Source: Adineta vaga (taxonomy: Eukaryota > Animalia > Rotifera). From it: a DNA stretch of 64,000 nucleotides. Shown piece after piece: positions 42,665 to 54,232 of the stretch (its first letter is position 1; each line of letters begins with the position of its first letter). A program made the position numbers and the translations under genes. The notes below the pieces were generated by a model, which saw nothing but the letters and a program-made list of their open reading frames with translations, was not told where the DNA came from and did not search any database. The DNA is taken from positions 9,424,001 through 9,488,000 of the forward strand of contig CP075497.1 of the NCBI GenBank assembly GCA_021613535.1. Direction: 5' to 3'.

Positions 42665-45600
42665 TTAAGACATGAATGGTTTCCGAAGAGAAAACAACAA
42701 ACGATATTGTTCTAAAAGATTCAGTAAGTTGTTTCATGTTAAAATCGTCTCATCAGAAAAGCGTCACATATGTTGTGTAGCAATAAGAAACGTTTTCATA
42801 TTCAAGTATATAAAACTATTTATTCCTCAGAAAAGTTCAATTAATGTGTCACATGGCAGAAAACAGAAAAAGCAAGTTCTGGTTTTCTTCTGCTTCTAAG
42901 GCGATTGCTAAAGCGATCACTTGTCATGACACATGCATTTAATGCTATTGAAGTATGGATTAGATTCATGATATCATGTTTCTAGCTTATTCATTTGGAT
43001 AAGAGCTATCAAAACAGAGATTCTTTCATTTTAATTAACTTTTAAACTGAGATATTTTTCTCATTTTTTATTGCTTTCCTAATACTTTTACAAAGTAAAA
43101 TATAAGAGAAGGAGTTAATGAATTTCTTCTCTCTTAACCTAATTTTTGTCCTAAAATTGATAAGAGATTTTCATAAACAATTATATTTCTTGAACTTTTC
43201 GATCATTATCATGTTCTGTTGTTTCTTCTTGGAAGATATGTCTTTATTAATTCCTTTAATCTAACTGGTCTATAATCAAATGCAATTTTATCTGTCCTAT
43301 TAGTCTTTCTTTTCTACTATTTATATGTAAATAACTGCTTTATGTTTCATATCTCAAACAAAACGATACTTTTTGCATTCTATGTAGTATTATTTTTTTT
43401 GTATAAATTTTAATATTTAAACATGAATAAATATTTGTTTTTGAATTTTATAAACAAATTCGTTTGACCTTATGCGAAATTTCCAAATGAAGTATTGGAA
43501 AAAAACACATAAACTGTGTCATATTCCAACAAAAAGCCATCGAATGAATCCAACATTTTTCGCGTGTGACGCAATAGGAAATTCGCGAAGTTTCTTTTGT
43601 ATTGAAAATAACGTACTATATGACACACAAAATGGATTTTACCAGGTAAAAAGTTAATTTCCTACGCAAAAATAATATTCCAACTGTCCAAAAATTAGGA
43701 AGAAAGGTGAGTAAAAATAGATTTGTATTAAGTATAAAAGGATTGACGATATTATAGAATACTCATGTTGTCTTCATTCGTAAACATATATTGCATGCAT
43801 TCACTTCCTTCAATACTTGGTTCGCGTATGAATATATGATTAAAATCTGTCCTATTACTGTATTGATGATTCTTAATTTATCAAATTTAACACAAATAAT
43901 TGTGTATCATATGTGAAATATTGTTACTTTTAGTCTCACAGGTTTGTCTATCATCGAACAATCGTCATTAGTAAGTATGAGTTTTTCTATATGGAAAAAT
44001 CAATTATTGTACATAAATTGATTAAGTTATTTATTCAATGTCATCATAGCTTATATTTATTTAGTGACGCTATGCATGGGAATTAAAATGACATAATATA
44101 AATCAAAAGTTTAACGACATGATTCACTATTTAATAATGAAAATTTCTTGAATCACTAAATTTCACAAGAATATCTTAGCAGTTGTGAAAGTTTATTATC
44201 ATTGATATAAATTATTTCGTGTTTTCGTGTACCATTACAGTATTTTTGTCATCAGAGACGAAGTATGTTTCTATATCGATCGTGATCGATGACTACAGAG
44301 TTCATTTGCATAAAATGACCTCGGTATGTCTGGTTCGTTTCATACGTGATGACAAGAATAGTAAAAATTCGAGAAGTAAATGGAGATAGAGGAGTAGAGT
44401 TGCTATCAACTAATTGTTCGTCTATTCTATATTCTGTTAGTACGAGAAACCTAGAAATTTACCGATAGTTTAAGTTACGAAATGTTAACTGTAAGTGATA
44501 AGGTATTCGATCGAAAACGTTGTACAAGAAGCGATTTAAATGCTTCGAAATCGACTGATAACGTTTGGTAAAGTATGCTATAACCATGAATATTAGTTTA
44601 GCGTATTTTAATCGATACATTATACAAAGATGAGAAATCTTTCTATGAATCAATTAAATGACATATTTTTTGTATTTCTATGTTAATTTAAAATTTCAAT
44701 TGATAAGATCTGACTAATGTAACTTATGAAAAATCACTTTAGGTGATTTATTCTCCCACATTCACTTCCCCTTTTCCACTCTTATTCATACTCAAACGTG
44801 ATTGTTCTTCCTAGCGTGTCAATTTAAATTAGATAAGTTTTCTTTTTATCAGGAGAAAAATCCTTTGAATCATTCCTAATCTACTTTTTGACTAAAAAAT
44901 TGTGATTCGTTCTTTTTTCTTCGTTATACAGATTAATAATAGTGGTACGTGATCTAACTTTCAACATACTGTTCTTATCTATTAAATGCCATCTCATTTT
45001 TCCCACTGTGTTGGGCATTTTCCAACTTCGAAGATATATAAGCCTGAAACTTTGAAGTAGAAGAAGATGTTTCTAATTCTAATATCATCTACTTCTTCAT
45101 TCATTTCTATTCTATAACATTCTAAGAGGTGAACTATTCTACGAAATGAAGAAATGTTTTCTAGTAGCTGTCGAAGGTATGATTATTACTTAAATTTCTC
45201 GCTATTATCTAGATAGACCTTTTCTTTTATCGGAAAAATTAAGCAAGATGTAAGTACCAACTTTATCTCTGAACAATCGATGTACGAATAGCTAGTCGTG
45301 AATGTGAACTATGGTATCAAAGTAAATCGATTTTCATATGGAATTATGTATAAGGAAAGCTTCATGATAAAAAAAATTGGGCCATTACTTTGTTTTGTCT
45401 GTACACATTGTCAATGAATAAATTTACGTTTGATAATTATAGGTTGTGATTTTGCTCGTGATCATGATAGTTGTGTGTAAATTGCGTGAATAATCTGCAA
45501 TAAGAAATTATTATTCAACAAATTCAAAGTTTCCCTTATTATCAGGTTTAATGTTATATGAATCAGAATGAATAACGTTCTGTGACGCTGAAAAATGTGG

Positions 45601-46054
45601 GCGTCCTATTACGATCGAGATTGTTTTCTTCTCGAAGAACAAAAAACATTTTTTCCCATGTGGATAATATGAGTCATATACCTTTCCAGCTCGTTTTATC
45701 ATAACGTCAGTGTTTTGAAAAGATTTTTATGTGTTCTGTGTGTGCAATTAGTCATGAATGTAATGTCAGGTGTATTGATTCACACCAAAGGTATATATAA
45801 TATGACGACTTGGAAACGTTTTTACACGACATGAATTAATTCTGATTCTGTTTGTACATATAAAAAAAAGCAATTTATCGTTTTTAGTTTCATTTTATTT
45901 TCAGTTACTTATGATTCGAAATAAACTAGTCCCATGTGGAAACTAATTATTTATAACTTCATGGTTTCAGTTAATGATGAAAATTATTTCCTTCTTATTT
46001 TTCAGATAGATTACTTCTATAAAATTTTGAGACAACATAGAATCATCTATAAAC

Positions 46055-47199
46055 ATGGTTAGAACAATGGATCCCTTTGGTAAGCATAGTTTTTCTTTAG
46101 TCATTTTTTATGAGTAAATAATCAAATAGATTTTATATAAATATTTTTTTTATTCTATTAGATATGAGTACAGAATATAAATATGATCAAACAGACGCTT
46201 CAATGTCTCCTAATCTTACCCCAACTTCTCCTCTTGATCTTACAATTAATAGTAAACGATTTGTATTTACACAACAATCAACCTCACCTGTAGACTTGTC
46301 AATGAAACGTACGACCGTTTATGAAAAACAAATATCTGTTGAAAAAAGATGTGAACCACCAAAGATTATCATAGAACCAAAATCCGAATGGCATTATCGA
46401 AGTATGAAAGATTTATCTAAAAACCATCTTCCATTCTTAGCTGGTAGCGGTCGTCAACGTACACCTATTCGAGTTTCGGTAAGGATTTTATTAATTTAAT
46501 ACATTATAATTGTATATAAATCTTCATTTTTAATAGGTTCCATCAGCATCAAAACAAGAAATGTTTCTTGGTATTGCTCTTTTGACAATGAAATATCAAC
46601 CTCATCCTTCTAAAGTGATTGTTCCAGCTAAAACAACAGTGAATAATGAACATCTTACCCATGATAACAATCTTCAATGCTTACGATTCGATGAAAATTC
46701 AACGGACTATTTTGATTCCGAAACAAGATGTATTTTTTCGAAAATTAGTCATAATGAACATCACATTGGATCAAAAGAGTATGTATTCTTTTTTCTTCAT
46801 TATTAAATTCGATCTAATTTTCATGTTTTTTATTTAGTGTTCGCGTTCATATGTTTAATTTGTATCAAAATCAAACATTAACGAAAGACTTGATCGAAAT
46901 TGAACAACTTAACCTATGTAAATTATGTTTTTGGTTTTGTGTTCGAAAGAATGGACAATATGTATCTATTTCTCAACCATCCCTTTCTGTAATTATTGAA
47001 GAAAGTAAGTTTTGTGAAAATTCTGTGACTTATTGTATATTTATTTTATTTTTTATATTTAGAAAAAATGTCTAATCGATCTCGTCCATCTGATCTAATG
47101 AAAAGTTCATCACCACAATCTACTACATCATCACAATCTGACACTTCTCGTTTGGATGAAACTAGTATCGATGATGATGATGATATACATAGTCATTAA
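46055..47199 (+). CDS. Divergent Rel-homology-like protein, array copy 2 (short; two CtBP-binding motifs)
   Basis: PLDLT and PVDLS, then PPKIIIEPKSEWHYRSMKDL...QRTPIRVS|VP...LGIALLTMKYQPHPSKVI...QLNLCKLCFWFCVRKNGQYVSISQPSLSVIIEE; acidic S/D tail. Confidence 0.75.
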
Positions 47200-47925
47200 A
47201 ATCATCTTTGTCTTTCATCGGTCGAGTCATCGCGACAGTCATTCATTCAAATCTTTTTATGTAATTTTTTCAAAATGTTTTTGATAAATATTTTCTCATT
47301 CTTTGTAATTTAAATACTGTATATAAAAGAAATAACTCTATCTTGATCTTTCATATGGAAACATTGCATTACTAGCATACATTACATACAAGAGGGTAAT
47401 CATTTTGATATAATTTTGTATATGGATATGTTCTGTTTTCAGTTTTTGAATTCGGTTCGAAATCTAACGAATCTAAAGCAGAAAGAGAAATTCACTTGAA
47501 TTCTACGTTTATTAAAAAAATTGATAACAAAATTTTGAATGTAATATGTTTTTCGAACGAGATATATTTGTTTATACTTGATGACTATATTTTATGAGAC
47601 TCATTTTTCGTTTCGAAATCTAATAGATTATTGATAAGTTGTTCAATTTTCGTCTTTTATGTTTACAGATATCAAGTTGTATATCTACTACTACTACTAC
47701 TTGATAGAGGTCTATAGTTACTACACTGATGTAAATAGTTTCATTTGAGTTGAGAAAAAAATGAATCATTACATTCAGTCAATTGTACTCGTTGTATCGC
47801 TTTAATCGTATAGTTTTTTACTCGTTCTCTCGTCAGTAATATTTCTCATTTGCTGGTAGTATGCGAGAAAGTATTCGATGTCTTTACCTTTTTCTTTTCA
47901 GAAAAGTCAATTTTCATACGAAACC

Positions 47926-50093
47926 ATGTCGAATATTGTGGATTTAGCAGATAAATCTCCTCTCACTGATATTGATCATCGCTCAAAGTTATTATGGGAT
48001 CCTGATAATTATCAATTGACGTCATTTGATGGCATCTCAAAGTAGTTTTCGATATAAATTTTCTTGTACTTCTGTACTAAACTTTTTTAAATTCTAGAAA
48101 TGATAGTTCGATGGAACTCTACGGTGCAAACAGTGAATTGGATGCTTTTGAAAGTATTATAGTGAATAAGTGTATATGTACAAATGAAAATATGAACAAT
48201 GTTTCTAATAATCTGCCTATTTCTGTAAAAGAACAACTGAAAGAATACGTACAAAAACACAAAGATGCACCAACATCTCTTCCTGCAGTGGTAGAATTCA
48301 ATAATTCATTCAAAATTTATCTACATTTTATTGCTTTTCGAGTTGGGAAATTTCAACTCACTAATAAATACACTTTTCTGCATAATGATAAAGAAAAAAG
48401 ACAAGCCTTCATTGTACTTAATGGTGATAACACAATTTGTGGTCCATTGTTTATTCATGCTACTCAAGGAGAGAGAAAATTTCTTTTCGATCTGGATGAT
48501 ATGCGTGTTCAAGTTTATGTCGACCGGTATATTGAAAAGCTCAATCGAACAGGTACATTTGAGATTTTCATAAATTATTCTATTTAATTGATGTGTGAGT
48601 AGACCCAAGGTCATTTCCTGTGAAAGATGAAACGTCAAGTTCAAATGTTTGTTGTAATTCGTCTACAAGTAAGCACTTCATTTGTATATGATAGAAGATC
48701 TAACATTATTGTTTAAGATGAATTAATGGATCTTGCTGATGCTTTAATGAATGAATCTCACAAAAGTAATACGTTTAAATATTGCTATTATTTCTATATA
48801 TTACTTGTTGTTCACTTTAGTAAATGCAGTATCATCCAAAAAGAAACGTAATATTCGTTCTACTAATGATCAAAACGAACAAAAATTTATTCGAACAGTT
48901 GAAAAAACAATTCTATGTCACAGTAGGATAATACATCTTTTTGTACAAATTATTCATTGCTATACATTCTTTCAAGGAAACAATACTGATTTAACCAATA
49001 GTGCATCTGTAAATGTATCTACAACTCATCAGCAAGGAACACCTTGTACATTCATTCTTAATCAACCGTCAATAATACGTATGTCAGGTAGATAATTATT
49101 TGTTAACTATTTTTTCCTAATTCAACCATTTATTATGTATTGTATCTGTAAAGACCATGGTGGTAAGGGAATTAATGACGTTTCTACAAGTGAATATTGA
49201 ATCGTCTTTGATTTCTTTAATGATTTTCTGTCTTTATTTAAGCTGGCACAATGCTTGCAAATACTTCAATGACAACGACCCCTCTTCCGTCAGATACAGT
49301 ACACGTACCTCAATCTATTCCAACGCCAATGTCAACATCCATTTCTTATGCAAAACCAGAGATTTTAAAACAACCACAAGAAAATTGGAAGATTCGCTAT
49401 CCACGTGATATAATACCTCAACAAAATACAGGCGCACAAGAAAATGGAAAAATATTTACCGGACTTTTGCAAGGTGTTGGTAGTCAACGTTCACAAATTG
49501 AAGTAAAAGTAAGATCTCGTCAAAGTTTCATAATGGTCACACATCTGTTAATACAATTATTTTTCTAAGGTTCCACTAAGAATGAACCGGCAAATGTATC
49601 TAGCAAGTATGGTACGTACTATTAATAATCTGCCACATTCTTTAAAAATTATTGTTCCGGAAAAAACAAAAGTCAATAAAGATCGTTTCAATCGTGATAA
49701 CTATCTCAATTATTTTGAATTCAATAATTGTAATTCAAATTATATCGTCGATCTCGATGCGTTGATTATTTATATGAAAATTACTCCTCTAGAACATCAA
49801 CAACAAATTAAAAAGTATGTTTTTACTATTACTCCATATCATCCTACTAATTTTTTTAAAGAATACCAATCTATATGTTTAATTTGTATCAAAATCAACA
49901 TTTAACAAAAGATCTCATCAACCGTGAACAACTCGAAAAATGTCAGTTAGCTTTTTGGCTGTGTGTAAGACAAAATGGAAACTTTATACGGATTTCACCT
50001 GATTCATTGTCTAGAATAATTACTGAAAGTAAGATTGATCGACAACTTTTTTACTTACCAGTTTTTGTTTTACTGCTTTTAGAGAAGAAATAA
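47926..50093 (+). CDS. Divergent Rel-homology-like protein, array copy 3 (intact)
   Basis: Multi-exon, in frame; KKKR motif; PEILKQPQENWKIRYPRDI...QRSQIEVK|VP...MVRTINNLPHSLKII...MFNLYQ...QLEKCQLAFWLCVRQNG...SLSRIITE. Confidence 0.72.
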
Positions 50094-51376
50094 AAAAGAA
50101 AATGATCTTGTATGTCTGCTGAAAAAAAACGTTTGTTCTTGAAATATTGCCAGCAATAATATAAAATGAATCGAATACGCTTTGTATTTCAATCTCACAC
50201 ATGTGAGTTTTTTCTTCCTTTTTTTTTCTATTTTTTCAAAAAAAAGCACGTGTTTTTATTTTTATTGAAACTTTATTTTAGTCTTAAAGAAAATGCTCCC
50301 ATCATCTAATTCAATATAAATAAAAATAAAAATAAATGTCAGTAACTCTTTTCAAGATCTTTGTTGTAAATCAAAATTAATGTATCATGATTTTAAAATA
50401 TTTCTTTACATGACCCTATTCTTCGATGGATGTTCATAAGAAAATTTTTTGAAACTGAAGGATCGTTAACGACACGCAAAATTATGAATATGACTCATTT
50501 CTTCTACAGATAATTTCGAAAAGTGTCTTTTGTAACGTAGTAGAAAGTAATACGATTAAAGTATGGTTGATATGTATAAAGCGGATTCGACGATGATTAT
50601 TTTGCACACTGATTAGACTGAAATGAACAAGAATAATGTAACGATGTTAATGTGATACATATATTCGAACAATCTCGAAGCTTACTGACGAGAAACATAG
50701 AAATATGGTTTCTAGAAACTATAATATCACCCATACGCTTAATCGAATTTGATGAATGAATAAGTTGATTGATTCTTTTCTCCACTTAAAGCTTTTTCCT
50801 TACATTAATCTTTTTAATACTTATAGTAAACTTCAATGCTAGTCAATCACCTCTTACTCGTTCTAGCAGATTTCCTGTCTTGAATTTAGTGCAACGAAAC
50901 AGACTGTATACGAACACAATGATATAATCAGAGATTTATCGAAGTATTTCTGTATTATTCATTTTTATCATCTATTTTCTATTTGAGCCGTATAATAGTG
51001 CAATTTTAACGATCTCACACACTGATCATTACATGTATTTGTCTCAGACTTGACTGTTTTTCTTTAATTGAGACATTCGATGTTAACCACAGTATATTTA
51101 AAAAATAAAAGGAATACACCTAAAATGAAAAAAAAATGTCAGTTTTCACATCTTAACTTTTTTACACTTTCGTTCTTTCGCCATATCTGAGAGTTGCGCG
51201 AACATGATTTTCGCAGTAGGCAAAAACATACTGTCTTGCTGTGAGATGGTGCAATAATTTTTTTCTCCTTCTTATGAATCACATTCAGCTGCTTATCCAC
51301 TATTAATTGCTTATAAATATACACAGAAGGCATTACATGTTTTCAACAGGTACATTAATGTAGTAATCTATTTAAT

Positions 51377-53867
51377 ATGGTAGAAGACACTTCATCAATG
51401 GCTGACAAAATAGGGCAGTTTTCAATTGAAAATCAAGAAATGGCAAGAGAGCTTAGTTTGGATCAATCTGATGCACCCGGTGAATCATTATTTCAATCTA
51501 TGAAGTACTACTAGTTTTAGTGTTTAAAGCATTTGCAAATGTACTACCTTTTACTTAGATCGTGGAATATACCTGTTGGATGGTATCTATGGGTCAAATT
51601 TACAGAATGTATGAGGCTGATAGTACAATATGGTTGTGATCAAAAGCACCCGTCGATTGAGATACAACAGACTCTAGATCGTCTAACGTGTTTTGATACA
51701 CCACAACAATTAGATGATTTAGTAAATCGGTGTGTTGACCTGTACAAAACTCTGATCTATATAATTCAAATTAATGATCATCTTCCCATCACTGAATCTA
51801 ATATTCGTTGTTATGAGGGAAATGCCAGTCAATCTGCACAAGGAAACGTCATCGTCTTGTTTCGTATATGTTACATAAATCCGAAACGTGCTTATTCGCA
51901 TTACTGTGTGTTACTAATACAGATGGTTATCCACAGACTTGTTTTGAATCAGACGATGACAATGTTCAAGAATATATTGTCAAGTATATGCGTGCCTTCA
52001 ATGATCAAGGTAAGTTTAAGGAGGATGAAAAGGATGGTTTTGTATTTTATGAATTTGTTTTAAGTATATCGAAAGTCGACTTCAAGCATAGATCATATTA
52101 GTGATAATCATGACGCTACAGCAAATATTCAAGAATCAGAGAACTCTGATAGTTTATATATGTTGCTCCCGTTACTGCCAAATATAAATGTTCTTTCAGA
52201 CAATGATGACTTGACGCTTTCTACTGGTACATTGGCTGTTCAGAATCAAAGCGATTTGGCATCGATTTGGTTAAAGTATACTTTCCAATGTATTCCTAAA
52301 ACGATCATTCATTTATATGTTTATTTTCGTCATAGAGAAGCTTTTCCAGATTCAATAATGAGTAACCCAAATTCTTCATTCGATATGGCTTTCGCTGCTG
52401 ACGATATTCCTCATCGACCTAAGACTACAACAGCATCGTCTGAAAATCATGGTAAGTCTTCTTTTGTATCTACAGAATCAATATAACATCTACGTATTTC
52501 TATACTTTTAAGTAGAAGAAATGCCGGGACATCCGGCGATGGAGACAACTGATGGTAAACTAATGATAAATGACGATTTACAAGGACGAAAATTGATTTT
52601 GAACAACATTGTAAGAAAAGTGAAACGATTAAAAACTGCACAAACAAGTACCAATATTCTTACATCAAACACTGATTCTTCTCAACATTTGTTTTCCTTA
52701 TCTGATACTCTTATTCAACCAGCATCGAAAATCGAGTCGCAACCAGAAACAATTTGTAATTCAGTACAAGAATGTGATTCGATAAAGATTATCACAAATC
52801 CGAAGTGTCATCGTCGAGCATGTATGCTAGGAGATTTGGCAAAAAAGAAGTGTCCACTTGTTCAAGCAGGTGAAAAACGACAACAGAAAGTTTATCCTAA
52901 AATAGAAGTAGTCAATTAATATATTCTAATATCCATTAGTAAAAATTATACATTTTAATTGTAGATTAAAAGTGCTAGTGCAGAATATCTTCGTGTCAGA
53001 GCTGTTACAAAGAATTACGAGCCACATCCATTACAATGTGTTGCACCTGAAAATGTTCAAGTGAATTTAGAATTGTAAAAGACAGAACATGAACGAAAAT
53101 GTTTACAGTGTGATCTGTATAGTTTTGATCCATCGCTTGAATGTACTTATTTACCAATCGACGATGAAGAACGACGAAATCATCAAAAAATGTAAATGTT
53201 TATTTCTTGGTATATTCAAGTTTTTTGTTCATTCATTCTTTTTTCAGAGTAAAAGTTCATCTTTTTAATTGGAAAAAGAGTGGTTCAATTAGTAAAGAAG
53301 TTAGTCAACGAGAAAATCTTCGATTATGCAGACTTGAATTTCGTCTGTGTAAGTTATCAAGTGAAGGTGAATATGAATGTATATCGTCACCTTGTTATAC
53401 ATCAATTATCGATCAAGATAATTTTATTCCTAGATAAATTTACTTTTCTATAGTACTATGTCTACAGAGGATGAAGATAAGACAAATCAGCGTGATCCAG
53501 AGCAATTGTGTGCAATGGGTGAACAGAAAATTGTTATTCCGTTAAAAACCTGTTGTTCAGAAGAAGATAATATGATATAGATTCATGTTCATGATTTGAA
53601 ATGTTTGACTGATACTATATGTTTAGATGTACAATTTAATGAAGAAGAATTGGATCAGAACAGTTTTACAATGGACACAAGAGAATTGTCACTAACTTCA
53701 CCAACTCGAACAGACGGATGTGATGAATCTCATAGTAAGAATAAAATTTACAAAAAATCTCTTAAATTTACATATCATTCATTTTTCTTTTAGATTTATT
53801 TGAACACAAATACTTAAATTCAGCTCAATCTGCGATCAAACGCTTGTTTCCTTTTAAATCCTCTTAA
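51377..53867 (+). pseudogene. Divergent Rel-homology-like gene, array copy 4, with IPT-like C-terminal exons; disabled
   Basis: IKIITNPKCHRRAC...KVYPKIE|...VRAVTKNYEPHPLQCV...NLRLCRLEFRLC...SSPCYTSIIDQ. Frameshift ~51815-51870, in-frame TAA 53076-53078, apparent GT>AT donor losses near 53418 and 53567. Confidence 0.7.
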
Positions 53868-54232
53868 TCACGCACTTTCGTCGAAAATAATCAAAGATAA
53901 AGATACCAAACTCTTATAATTGCTATATTACTCTAGAGTTATTGTAAAATTGTAAACATGCATGAAAAAAAACATAATATTCTTTGTTTCTATTTGATGT
54001 CATAGAAGTTGTTCTTTTTCATCTGCATAAATATATTACATTTATTTACTTCATACCATGCTTTTTTTCCAGTTGGAAAGAATGAATCATATATTCCATC
54101 TCACTTTTTATTTCTTTCTTTCTCTTTTTTTTCTCTCGCTTTGATAAAACTCTGCTTATCATATTCATACACATCTCCTCTGCACTCATTTTCTTTTATG
54201 AAAACGTGCCTTGATTCGTTGAAGACAAATCA

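Noticed and set aside
45013-45023. kB-like GGGCATTTTCC upstream of array copy 2 (and GCGAAATTTCC at 43474-43484)
   Set aside because: Imperfect matches that could arise by chance; no evidence of function.
42700-46000. Possible sixth array copy or minus-strand gene in the 3.3 kb spacer
   Set aside because: No RHD-like or N-domain motifs found; only isolated splice-like signals.
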